A stretch of DNA of 63,516 bases, filler included, from Choristocarpus tenellus KU-1152 (taxonomy: Eukaryota > Protista > Phaeophyceae): the NCBI GenBank assembly GCA_964200185.2. It is 8 parts of 8 records of this genome, joined end to end, with 100 filler letters (N's around TTAATTAATTAA, not from the genome) between each part and the next. Parts side by side here need not be neighbours in the genome. Positions count along the whole stretch, not along the records: positions 1 to 6,783 come from CAXNAD020007363.1; positions 6,884 to 10,121 come from CAXNAD020021336.1; positions 10,222 to 31,438 come from CAXNAD020000358.1; 5 more parts are not named here. One strand, written 5' to 3'. The translations under genes were made by a program, and so were the position numbers. Under the pieces are notes generated by a model. It made no database searches. It saw only the letters and a list, made by a program, of their open reading frames with translations, and had not been told where the DNA came from. This document shows positions 1 to 11,864 of the stretch, piece after piece; position 1 is the stretch's first letter; the number at the start of each line of letters is the position of its first letter.

Positions 1-69
1 CCATAAATCGCAACATGAAAAAATTAACCCCAAATGGACAGCCGCCACCCCCCCCAGATACTTTGAGCC
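1..69 (-). mobile_element. MITE family B terminal fragment
   Basis: Ends poly-C + AGATACTTTGAGCC; reverse complement matches the left part of 7774-7954. Confidence 0.8.
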
Positions 70-663
70 TTGGCTCAAGAGCAGAATATTGATAGAGTGT
101 TCCAAGTGACTATTCTGCTCGGTAGCTCAGGGGTTTACTAATGTTTCAACACCCAATCCCTACTCTTTACGAAATTTTGAGTATCGGGGTGATGACAAAA
201 GGGAACTGTTTCATTTTATACATGTTCATCAACAGGGGAAAAAATACAAACAGAACATACACCGAACAAGACGCGGTGCCAGTATGATAACGACTGTTTT
301 CGTGCTCAATTCTGTCATTTATCGTATCGTGGAGAAGAATCATCAGACGGGCTGTACTTAGGGCTGCACGGTGATTGGTTGCCAAGATGAGATCTGTAAT
401 ATCACTCAAGTAGAGGTATCACTGGCATTGCTGACAGAGTGGTGTACTTCTTGCACGCATCACTGGGTTTACTGCATTTGTCTTCGTGTACCAATGCTAA
501 ACATCGAGAACTGGACGACCATTATTCGGGAGTATTTGAGTGTCCCATGCCCAAACCAAGTACTTAATGTGTCTCCGCGGTGTTTCCACAGGAATGGGAC
601 TATTTTTTTAAGGGTGTACTCCAATCTCAAGTTTGTATCATGTATTCAATACCTTCAAGTATT

Positions 664-921
664 GAGCCAAAGTATCTTAGAGGGTAGATCCGTGTCCAAT
701 TGGAGGCCAAAATTCAATGTTGCGATTTTGATGAAATTTTGGCTATCGTGTTTATTAGGAGGTGTCAATATCCTTGTTCCGGACACACCTTTTCGAAACA
801 TGTCAATTTTACCTACTCCGAAACATTTTGGAGTGGGAAAATGTCATAAAACCCCCAAGGGAATCCAAGCCCCAAATGGACAAACAAGGAAAAACTAGTA
901 CCCTCTAAGATACTTTCACTC
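664..921 (+). mobile_element. MITE family A, full copy (258 bp)
   Basis: TIRs GAGCCAAAGTATCTTAGAGGGTA...TACCCTCTAAGATACTTTCACTC; flanks ATT/ATT; interior matches seven other copies in the window. Confidence 0.92.
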
Positions 922-3349
922 ATTCTATATGGAATTTATCCAAGGCAGGGCAAAAGGAGAAGCAGGGTCCCAATATACTAGCAAGAGCAACTCCTTATGA
1001 ACAGTCGTTCAAAATGTTTGAGTCAATTGCACCAGAATCACATACAATAATAGAGGTAGTTCGAACACCAAAGTTTAGCAATAGCAACTAGACGAGTGGA
1101 CGAGAGCAGCATGTACAAATAAACTCTCTGCTCTCTACTACTATACACCAAGTATTTGACAAAATAGTAACATGAATGTGTTACAGTGTCGATCATCACA
1201 AAGCAGACGGGCAGGAGGTCACAAGTAGTATTGAAGTGCGACTGTCTAAGAAGACACCAACCAAAGACAGGCAAACAGTGCTGCTATCGAATGGTGGGAG
1301 ACTAGTGCTGTAGACATAGTTCTGGGCAGAACAATACCAATAAACATTACTGTGAAAGCAAACTAGTGTAACGATTTTCAGCACATCTCACAATTGGACA
1401 AAAAATACCAGCAACATGACAGAGACGTTATTTATTGTTGAGAGGTTACACAAAAGCAAAACCGATACTTGCAAATAGATTAAACTTGGTGAAAACTTCA
1501 AGTGTGCAAATAAAGGCTATACTACGTAATCTGTGACAGAAGGCCCTTGGTGTATGCTAATTCCGTATCGCAGGATTTGTGGTTACTAAATATTTCACTG
1601 GCTCCATTTTCTTTTCACTTCCTTATGATACGCTCACCAGTTCATGTATACTTGCTCTTCTCCTAGGACTTGCGCAAGTCAGGGACGCATTCATGCCTAT
1701 TTCGACATATATGGAAGGATACCTTTAGATCAATGGAGGGGATGAATAGACTTCTTGTCCCCTTTCAACATAACCAAGGGTTACTGCTTCGACCCCTCTC
1801 CATCGTACTAGCCACAGGTATCCTTGAATATAGTTCATGTCACTGACATGCTGCTTTCGGATCCCTATTGTCCTATTGTGTATTATTGTCAGTCACCGCC
1901 ATAACTATGTTAAGACCAGTCTGTAGGTGTGATGTCGAGAATGAGATACCAGCATTTAGCCATATGCTTCCTGTTGCTGCTATTTCTTCATATTTCACGA
2001 TGTGGTTGTCTCTATGATACTTGTACAAGGGAAAACTCTAACCCCTTGCAAATACAAGGTCATCCACCACACCAAACATCTATCCATGCCCTCTGGGACC
2101 ATCGACTTCCTACCTGTTGCGGATAGGAGCAGGAAATGTCAAAGGAAAGACAATGCCGTCTCCACCAATTCATACAGGATATTTCTATATGCACGTACAA
2201 ATGCAAACTATTACGACGTGTTACATATAATACACGTATACATATGCTAGACGGAAAAATAGTCTTAATCATGGACATTTTTTTTTTCTTTTTGAACGTA
2301 ATCGTGCCAAGTCATACTGACTAGTGCATGGGATGGTGTTATTACTTTCTTCACACTTGAAATTAGAGCTTCATAGCATGTCCTTCAAAAAAAAAATTCT
2401 TTGATAACTATCATCTTCCACGCCTACGTTTGTTCTTAACAACTTGTTACCATATCAGGGTGGCATACGATCTGGTAAGTACGTAACCCAGAACTAAAGT
2501 GGGATTTTTTCCCTTGACACCTTTCACTATGTTGGAAATCCCTTCAGGAGAGCATTGGGAATCATCATGCCTTCATTGTATTTGTGCAGTCGTGATGGCA
2601 GTGAATACGGGCACATATAAAAAATACTGAATACTCCACAGTAAACGTGGATGAGAGGGTGTCTGCCATGGAATGTATATCTTATATCTAGGGTGGGCTT
2701 GTCTTTCCACAGTCAACGTCCCAGTCAGGAAGGAATGTATTGAAACTTGAACAGATCATTAGATGAGATAAGACAGACTACTTTTGCCCTAAAAACTGTG
2801 TTGGAGGGAGGGGACCAAAACGAAACTCCCTCTGTATCAGAAAGGTCTTGATTTATTCGTGGTCTTTTACTACGAATAGAGCAAAAACCAGCATTCACAC
2901 ACACAAAGGTGATCGAGCATCTGGATATTGGATTTACAAACTCTTCAAAATAAATTCGTTTCTTGTTGGTCATCAATCTGAGCAGCACTTGAAGTGATGT
3001 CCATACCCTTCAAAATGGCACCAAAGGCAGAAAATGAGGGAAAGGTAAGGCAACCCTTCTCCTAGACCAATCAAGCATGGGAGAACAAACAACAGTCAGC
3101 TCTTCTCCTAAAAACTGAACAAGCAGTTAGACCTGTGCTATGAATCAGGATTGAGCCTAGAATGTCACCTTTCTGCATGGAAAATTGCCGTGCCAGCTCT
3201 TGCAAGGGGTGCAATAGGCGGTTCCTACAGTGGCAAGTGCCTATGGGAAAACTTCAGGCTCAGTGAACTTGGTTGAGATTGAGGTTCTGGGCAGCACAAA
3301 GTCATCCCATGTAACGCCAAGCAAAATATTAAAGACAATCAGAGCTGAG

Positions 3350-3430
3350 GGTGTACTCAAACCTATCCATTGTGGGGAATAGGGTCTAGTATATCATATT
3401 TGCACACCAACCTGAGTGCATATATTCTTC
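3350..3430 (-). pseudogene. Decayed Ty1/Copia-type integrase core fragment
   Basis: Minus strand reads KNICTQVGVQI*YTRPYSPQWIGLS, resembling the Copia motif FC...GI...T.PYTPQQNG.(A/S)ER; contains an in-frame stop. Confidence 0.5.
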
Positions 3431-6400
3431 TATGTACAGTACGCTGAGAACCTACTGCATGCCCCAAAGGTTCAGACTCCAGGCATATACCACACTAGTT
3501 GCAATGCCTTATTTCGATGGCTCTAGCACGAAATATGCAAGCACGCAAACACATGCAATTGTTGTCAAAATAGCACATTTCTCACCCCACTTGTGAGGTA
3601 GGAGAGTCTGGGTGGGTCTCCACAGGTACTGTACACAATCAAAAGAAGGTGTTCACTAATATGGTGGAGCACAAACAGATAGCTTTCACCATTGGCATGA
3701 AACCTGATCCATGGGCAATGTGATGGTTGCTGGTTCAAGTCCCCCCAACTCCGCCATTCATACTACCAGCACCAGGAAGAGCAATAAGTACATTTGTACA
3801 TGCTGTGGCCTAGTTAATTTCACGTTCTTGAGATACCTTTAGGAACAGGTTTGTCAAAAACGCCAAACTAACAGTCTACTTCAGCTTTCGGTTATCCAAA
3901 TTTCTAACAAAAACATATCTATTTGTTGACGTCCTGAGGAACAGACAAGCAAGAGCTGTTCCAAGTGTGCAGGGTACACCCTGCAGGAAAACAACGGTTC
4001 ATCGGGGTTGAGAATAAGGGAACATAGACATCAAGAGTGGGAGGATACCTGTGACGTGGGAAATGCAAGCATCTGTGCATGTTTGTCTTTAAGGGGTTCA
4101 AGCTGAGAGCAAGAGGGGATACCCCCATCGCTTGCTAGGCTTCTTCACAGCAGATTGCACAAAAAAGGGAGACATCCCTGCTTGATGAGCTCTCTTAGGG
4201 TTCTTGCAGGATGTTTCAGAGCATCAAGCTAGTGTCTTCGGCAGAATGATCTCTTTGGGATTCTAGAACAACTCTTCGACCTGGTGTTTTCAATTTTCAG
4301 GCAAAGAGTGCGACAAAAAAAAACGTTCTATTTTCTAGAGCTAGAGTAGGAGGCCTACACCACCACAGGAATGTATGAGATATCAGCAGGTCTGTATGAA
4401 GAAACATTAACTTTGATGTGCATAGCATTGACAAGATTTGCTTGAAAAAGAAATGTAGGCCACTTGGTTCTACATAGAATGACTGGGTATGATCGTGGCA
4501 CGACCTTGAGACACTCAACAATGCTCTCACCATGGTTAGGCCCGCCATGGGCCATCCAGCCACAGCAACAACTGCACACAGACCCCATGCCAAGAGAGAG
4601 CTGCCGATAAGGACAGCAATCCGAAGATTGATATCCGGGGCCTGGACCTACCAAATCGACAATGATCAGCATGTGAAATTCCGTCATTGCAGGGCTACTC
4701 TGTATTCCTCGATCGACATAATCCAAAGTAGGTAGTATACATCATCGATCAGCTCAACGCCTCATTCCTGGTGTCAAGTAAAGAATTCTCACCCGCTTGT
4801 TAGGTATTTGCATCGAGCAGCCAAATAGGACTCTTTCGGCCTCCTCCCGCAACTGTTCGGCTGTTTTGGCTCTTCGCTCAAGAGTTGTCGCTTGGCTGTC
4901 GAGCTTCATGTATCGCAAACACGGAGGGAATACCATGAAGATGGGAAAGCGTTTGTACGTGCTGTGCACCTGTCTTTCTTTGATCGTAGCAAACAACAAG
5001 TATGCATATCACTGGCTAGCTGATCCTCTTCCTTATGTTTTGATTAGGACACCACGGTAAACGGGGGAGTTGAAGTAGATTGTACATGACTACTCCGTGA
5101 TCCATGTCCATTTGCTCTTTGTATCACCTTTCAACTTCACCTGCTGCGCAAGTTTCCGGGAGAAAATTAAGGCCGCCTGTGGAAGAATGTGTACAAAAAG
5201 CGGAAGCAGGTCGACTTCAGAATCGTGTAGTTAGCTGGGGGCGATGAGGATTGCAAATGTGACAGTCAATTGTTCTCACAAAAATTGTCTCCAGAAAGTT
5301 TGTCCTAATATACTCTAACTCACATCACGTTGAGCGACCAATTCGACCATCCATGAGGACCCTCCCCTCCTCCCTTCTCCACCCATGGTGCTAGGTTCAG
5401 CTCCCCTACTTAGCTCCATTTCTCTCCAGGGTCTTTCTCCTATCCTACACCCCAACATTAGTCATTCGTTGACCACAATTCTGTAGCACCATTATTGTAG
5501 CACATAGCCGTCCTGTAGCGCCCTGTGGAAAAGTACTCGTAGAAATCAATGATGGAGAAACTTTTGGGTCAACTCGTCCTTGGACATCTTGGAGTTGTGT
5601 TAGGACAAAACCAAAACAATATTACAAAGACTTCACAGTCGTGAGGCAGGGCCCAGTCAGTCGTTGGGGATGTTCACAATCACCAGTTGTGACATGGTGG
5701 GTGCTTTCAGCAAACCTAAAGTTCCCTCTCATCATATCTTGTGAGAGGTTTGAATGCAATCTGAGTGCCTACGGGTGACGTCACAAGTTAATGACCGTCA
5801 ACGGCAAGTGTATGAGAATTCTTAAGACTTCTCTCTACAGTATTTGATTTTGGAAGGTAAACAATGACAAAGAAATATGCGCGCAGTACAATTGTATGTG
5901 CGCGCGGTTGTGTGCTAAGATCACCTCCAACTACACCTCTTCATCACATCACACTGAAAATACATAAGTTGTCATCCATACATTAAATAACAGATATCTT
6001 TTAAACATATTTAGCTCACCTTAAGAACCATAACAATGCACAACTACTTAGCAGTGAAGAATAACAATTTTAAGGGGTTATTTATGAATCATATGATTCT
6101 GTACGGAATGGTCACTCAGACCAAAGAATTACTGCTTAAGACAGATGAGATGGATTAAGAATAAGTATAAATTAATAGAAGAGGTTAAGGTTGAAGACGT
6201 ACAAACAGTCCAAGGAACTGCAGAGAATTCCAGACCAGAAGAGTTTCATGAGACGGAGATTATCAGAAAACTTCAAGATGTGAGAAAAAGAGAATCTTTA
6301 TTGTTTGAAAACTCTGAATGATGAGAGAACCTTGATATGTGGGACTGGGCATTTGAAGAGATTCCATGAATTCCTTATAGTGGAATCTTGCATCCCTCAC

Positions 6401-6783
6401 AAGGAAACTCTATAATGCCCTCCAACATTTTGTAGATGTGTTAGGGTGAAAAATAATGAAAACTATTTGTTTATTAGTTTATTGTTATGCCCTCTGACAT
6501 TTTGGAGACAGTATAGGACTCTTGTATTTGCATGAAGAGAGGATATTCAGGAATGGGGTTATGAGGAGCAAATGGTATATAATATGAACAAACTGTTGAC
6601 AAGCGTTCGTGATCTGACGTCACTAAATGAGTGTTATATGATCATTTTGATCAACAACCGAATATATAAGAACACAAACGTGTGTATGTGAATAAGAATC
6701 AACTTTGTTTTGCTCACGAATTCTGGATTATTATTATTATTTTGCACATTCCTATTTTCTTATTCAGATCGGAAGAACACACG

Positions 6784-6883
6784 NNNNNNNNNNNNNNNNN
6801 NNNNNNNNNNNNNNNNNNNNNNNNNNNTTAATTAATTAANNNNNNNNNNNNNNNNNNNNNNNNNNNNNNNNNNNNNNNNNNNN
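6784..6883. other. Artificial contig linker N44-TTAATTAATTAA-N44 (identical copies at 10122-10221, 31439-31538, 35671-35770, 40965-41064, 43892-43991, 50991-51090)
   Basis: Seven identical 100-nt spacers with a six-frame stop 12-mer in the middle of N runs. Confidence 0.97.
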
Positions 6884-7009
6884 CTTTCCGCGCACCATTT
6901 TGGGTCAAACTCATTCTCCATAGTATGTTCCATCCTCAATTTTGGTGAGAGACTGTTAAATATTGATCTCGGTGTCTTGGATCCGTTGATCACAACTGGA
7001 ATGTACTGC

Positions 7010-7270
7010 GAGCTGAAGTAAACGAGAGGTACCCAAAGTTACGTTTTATGTAAGCTGGCAACTGTTTGCAAAATCCCGCAAAGGAAGTGCGTAAGACGTT
7101 TTTTGAGTGTGATTTTTTTAAAACAGTAGAGAAATCAATTCTCTCAAGTTGAACTTAGCACTACTTCATCCATACATGTAGAAGTATGGGCGAAGGGTAA
7201 AGGATTGAAAAGCTTGCTTACCATAATGCAAAACGGACAAAAAGCGGTTACCTATCATTTGTTTTGGCTC
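7010..7270 (+). mobile_element. MITE family C (older, about 260 bp)
   Basis: Imperfect TIRs GAGCTGAAGTAAACGAGAGGTACC / GGTTACCTATCATTTGTTTTGGCTC; interior AAATCAATTCTCTCAAGT...TTCATCCAT...TATGGG shared with the 37153 and 39667 copies. Confidence 0.7.
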
Positions 7271-7773
7271 CATATCTCAACAGAAGGTTTGTATCGGGTA
7301 CATATCGATTCATACTCAACAACTTGACTTAATGCACTGTCTCCTTTGTCCGGCAGAGGTCCCAGTTGGTTCCAGCACTCAACCGTCACTCCAACCAATA
7401 GCAACGTAGTCCCAAACGGAGTGTCAAATTTTTCATAAACTATGAACGGTAACTTAATATTCTGGTGATTTGATTTCTCAAAAAGAGTAAAGAGTAATTA
7501 GCAAAGACCGCTGTGAAGCAAGGTCCTATTTCATGTGGTGTGTCCACGCACTGCTCAGAAGGTCCAACTAACGGTAGACTCATATGTGAGCAGACTGTCT
7601 GAAGTGTAGAGATTCAAGACTCAACCTGGAATGCCGCAGTGGGTGTTTCATTTTTGGTATCAAAGCACCATGGCATTCTAGGGCTCGGAGCACTCTTGAC
7701 ATATATTTCAACCAGTAACTGGGAGCAACCCCACCGAACTCCTCATGCCACATAAAATAGGGTATGTAAAAAT

Positions 7774-7954
7774 GGCTCAAGGTATCTGGGGGGGGGGCGT
7801 TGGCTGTCCATTTGGGGTCATTCTTTTCATGTCACAATTCGTGGGTGATTTGGCTGCGTACATTGGATGGATAATATAAATAATTTTTTTCTGATTTTGG
7901 CGCAAATGGACACCCTGGTGTAGAACCCCCCCGCCCCCCCAGATACTTTGAGTC
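7774..7954 (+). mobile_element. MITE family B, full copy (181 bp)
   Basis: TIRs GGCTCAAGGTATCT-G(n)...C(n)-AGATACTTTGAGTC; 3-bp duplication AAT/AAT. Confidence 0.9.
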
Positions 7955-8374
7955 AATCATGTACTTAGAAGTAGTACCTTTTTAGTAGTGCAGATTAATT
8001 GCGGAAAGATGGAATTGGAGTGTGCATGTCTTACATCAATTGGTGTCTTAAAACTCTGGTATACTTGGAGCTCATTAAAAATCCCTGCTCCATCAACTTT
8101 TCCAAGTTATTTGAATCATAGCAAGCCCCCTCCCATTTCTGAGAGGGTAATGTGCACAGAACACTATTGAAATTCCACCAACAAGCACTTGTAAGAACGT
8201 AATTAAACACTGGAGTAGGAAAAGGGTATCCTCAGGTGCCAAACATGAAGACCTCACCCTCTCCCTCCCCACTCGTTAATACTACCATAGAACCCACTAC
8301 TAACATTAAGATGGCTCCTTGCCAGGTAGACACAGAAACATACACATACATACACACACACACAGTCTTGTCAC

Positions 8375-8921
8375 TCAGCTTCTACAAAAGTACTCCACAA
8401 GAAAAAGCCTGGATTCCTCCACAAACTCCCTGTCCAGCACAACACTATTCCACCAGGCGTCTCCCACCCCAGCCATAGCCCTGCCAATAATACCCCCAGT
8501 CCATGCCCCTCCATCCACTGTTCTTGAATCAACCCCACTGTGAGCACTGGCTTCTGAAGCAGGTCCTCTAATGCGCCACCTTCCCCTACTCTTATTGTTG
8601 GAAGCTTTACCCTGGTCGCCCAGAGACCCTCCTCCTACACAGCTTCCTAAATTTTGCCCTTCTGTTGCCCCCTGCCCTGAGCCAGTTCTACCTGCTGGGC
8701 TCACTGGCTTGGGGGATGGGGAACCGCCAGGGTTTCCATTTACCCTCTTGTTGGCGTTAGTTGCGGTGGATGGGGCAGAAGCATGTACTAGGAAGGAGTA
8801 GAGCAAGTCCGGCAGGGGTTTTCCCAGTAAGATGGCCTTGACAATGAGAGGTGATGGGTAGCGGCGAGTGACTTGGTTCACCCTGTCCTTGTAGGGACTG
8901 AGAAGGGCAGACATGGGCACC
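8375..8921 (-). CDS. Probable terminal exon of a hypothetical protein (a possible upstream exon lies near 9545-9655)
   Basis: Long open frame after a pyrimidine tract and CAG; Gly/Ser/Pro-rich linker; ordered C-terminus WWNSVVLDREFVEESRLFLVEYFCRS*. No family recognised. Confidence 0.5.
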
Positions 8922-9929
8922 TGGCGCCTGATACAAGGGGGAGGGGGGGTAGCAATTTTCACTGCAACTGCTGAGGGGGGTTGTTAGCAGTACTTGGTAG
9001 TGCTGGGACAACGCATGTCTTCAACTCAAGACATGATGTTCACCCCCTGAACAAAGGACGCTGCTCCTTTTCGTGGAGTGTACTTTGTTGGGGAGGTATT
9101 TTCTGCGCGGATTGTGAGAGCCTGTGTGTAACCCTAACCCTATGTAGTACCATAAAATTTGATTCAACGTACACCGCTTCAGGGGGTGTCACTCTTGCCA
9201 CTCATGTTCAACAAGCAACAGATCTCTTTTCTCGGAAATACAACAGTGTGTGTGGTCCACGCATTCTTCAGAGCCCAAAGAGAGCGTAAACAGTTGATAA
9301 CATGAGAAATTCGATATATATATATATATATATATGTACATATACAGCTAACACGTTTCAAGGCGGATAACACTTTGGTTCAATAGACTCAAGACCTTCG
9401 TGTTCACCGCTTGGGGCAACTGTCATAAAAACTTTGACTCCCTATGTTCACATCAAACCAAAGACTCCGTCCAAGTCTCTGTGAGGCTCTTTCCCAATGG
9501 TGTCTTCCTGATGACCATCACAAAAAAAAATGGTCTGTGATACTGCTGCTTGAATACGTCCCGTACATCCTCTAGTTGAAAGCAGAGCCTCAGACCTTGG
9601 AGGTCTTCAACGCAGTCGATAGAGGGTTGGGGGGGTTCAGGTATTGCTTCCCCTAGACCACCATTATCCATAGAGATGTAAAAATCACTTTCCAACTGAG
9701 GCATACCATTCAAGAGGTTAAAAACATTATACCGTTGTCCATTTAGGTATATTGAAATATTGTGGTGAAAACGCGACTTTCTTAACCCATTATTGTAGTC
9801 AGTACCGGATTTGGTTAGTAAGTGTAAGTTCTTTCTTTATAATCTTACTCTGTTACAGATTTGGTGACATCAAAATCACAACATTGACTAATGATCCAGA
9901 ATGGAGACCCTAACCCTCTTTTTTCAAAA

Positions 9930-10117
9930 TGATAGGTATAGGGAGAGGGTGGCGGCTGTCCTTTTGGGGTCCAATTTTCCACGTCGCGATTTTTGGGTGA
10001 TTTTTTTTTATATGTGTGAGATGGATAATGTAAGTTCACTTTTCCTAGTCAGGGCCCGAATGGATACCCTAGTGTAGACCCCCCCCCCTTCCCTTCCTCC
10101 CCCCAGATACTTAAGCC
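9930..10117 (+). mobile_element. MITE family B copy with decayed left TIR (start approximate)
   Basis: Interior GGCGGCTGTCC...GGATAATGTAAG...CAGGGCCCGAATGGA shared with 39787-39970; right end CCCCAGATACTTAAGCC. Confidence 0.8.
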
Positions 10118-10221
10118 TCAGNNNNNNNNNNNNNNNNNNNNNNNNNNNNNNNNNNNNNNNNNNNNTTAATTAATTAANNNNNNNNNNNNNNNNNNNNNNN
10201 NNNNNNNNNNNNNNNNNNNNN

Positions 10222-10347
10222 GGGGGGCTAAGGAGGAATCGCATGTGGTATCGACCACAACTCCTCCCCCAACCGAATCTCGAGAGGTGGAAGACATCAG
10301 TTCGAGACTGGAAAGGTTGGAAGGCTTCATCAGGAGCTCTCTTTTCG
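10222..10347 (+). CDS. Possible exon fragment at contig start (coiled-coil-like)
   Basis: Open frame ...ESREVEDISSRLERLEGFIRSSLF followed by a possible GTGAC donor. Confidence 0.3.
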
Positions 10348-10553
10348 GTGACAGAGAAAATTACCCCTTGAGACTGTCTTCCCTTGTGTTTGTTCTTGCA
10401 AATTATTTGATTTGAATTTGTCCTCCATCTGTCGTGTATTTTGGTGCATACCCACAGTAGTCAAGTGACAGCTGTGATGTTGTATGCAGACTGTGACTTC
10501 AATCAGGGAGAGGTTTTCCGCGTTTTTGTGTGTATGGTTAGGGTTAGGGTAAG

Positions 10554-11864
10554 TGTCTGCGCAGCAAGGGAGAGTGTTCGTAGACAGTGCTGCTGATACA
10601 CTATAGACACCACAGGTGGATTATGTGATAGGGTAGAGAGCCAGTGACAGATATATTGTATGTACTGACTCATAGTGTTGATTGGTTATATCATGTTCAA
10701 GATACACTTCCTATAGTCAAGATAAGTAAATAAGTACTTCATAGTAAATTAGTGTGGACGATTACAAACCCCACACTATAGAGTAATGATGGTAGTTAAG
10801 GATAGAAGAGTCTCACCCACGAGCTCAGTCAGCGGAATCGAGATCACAAAGGCCCTTGTAATACTAACATTGTTCATCTATATCAAGCTGTTCTTTGTCC
10901 TTCATTAAAGCACCATAAAAGCCGCGGGTCCAGTGTGGGATAGTTCAACATTTCAGTGGTATGTCAACTGTTTAGTACAACGTTTCCCAAGGATTCACTT
11001 TAAACGTGACACTAGGGATATTTCCAGGATCGTGGGAGACGCATTTTGGTATGGCTAAGGACCCACAGTAGAAAGCACCCCAGGATGTGTTCGTAGAGAT
11101 TGAGATAGGATAGGTAGGAAGTGACAGTCCCATCATATTACTTTGTTCCGAAGATTTGTAGCGGTGATGTACTAGGGAAGTTTCGTTGATTGTAGGAGAC
11201 ACTGGATGTATTGCTGAGGATCCTGCCATTTCATGGATTGTGGGAGACGCAATGTGACATCGCTAAGGACTTGCAGGAGAAAGTACCCCATAATGTTTTC
11301 ACTGGAGACTGCAGTAGGACAGACGTTTAGAATTGATGACTGATTTTTTTTTGCCTACACAGACCCCAATGTCAACATTGATATTAGGGTAGATTTATGG
11401 CATTGTTTTTGAGAGAACTAGCAGAAGTTTGTTTCTTTCCTTAAGTTTCAGAGAAGTAGATTCTTAGGGTGTACAGTGTCTGCACAGCAAGGGAGAGTGT
11501 TCGCAGATAGTGCTGCTGATACACTATAGACACCATTGGTGGAGTAGATTAGGAAAGTTAAACACCAGCAGTGGAGTAATGGAGTAATGGAGGAAACGTA
11601 GTGACAGATATATGTTTCGGTATATCCTAGTTGAAGTCTGGACATATCATATTTGATGCAGTGATTATATTATTTTCTGATTGTCCGTGTGGACTTTGCA
11701 AACCCCTCATGGCAATCAACACTGGTCTTACCCACGTTCCCAGTCAGCGGAATCGAGACCACAAGCCCCTTGTAATATAAACTTTGTTCATCTACATCAA
11801 GCTGTTCTTTGTCCCTCACTAAATCACCAAAAAAGCAGCGGGTCCAGTGTGAGATAGTTCAGCA
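10554..11864 (+). mobile_element. TRIM-like non-autonomous LTR element: LTR-like repeats 10554-10950 and 11477-11864 around a 526-bp non-coding interior
   Basis: Two ~390-bp direct repeats, each starting TGTCTGC and ending GATAGTTCA(A/G)CA (TG...CA); no TSD recovered. Confidence 0.65.

Noticed and set aside
371-898. Similar ORFs at 371-898, 29219-29539 and 44105-44374 suggesting a gene family
   Set aside because: The similarity comes from translating MITE family A; frames are not conserved.
1280-1390. EWW...IP...FS resembling a hAT dimerisation domain
   Set aside because: Spacing and the ERxFS motif do not match; too weak.
5776-6622. Possible inverted repeats around TGACGTCAC
   Set aside because: Match limited to a short palindromic core and GTTGAC; no TSD.
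6828-6839. TTAATTAATTAA palindrome repeated seven times
   Set aside because: Always centred in fixed-length N runs; an artificial six-frame-stop linker.
7580-7780. HPLRHS resembling the tyrosine-recombinase HxLR motif
   Set aside because: No other catalytic motifs; short ORF interrupted by a MITE.
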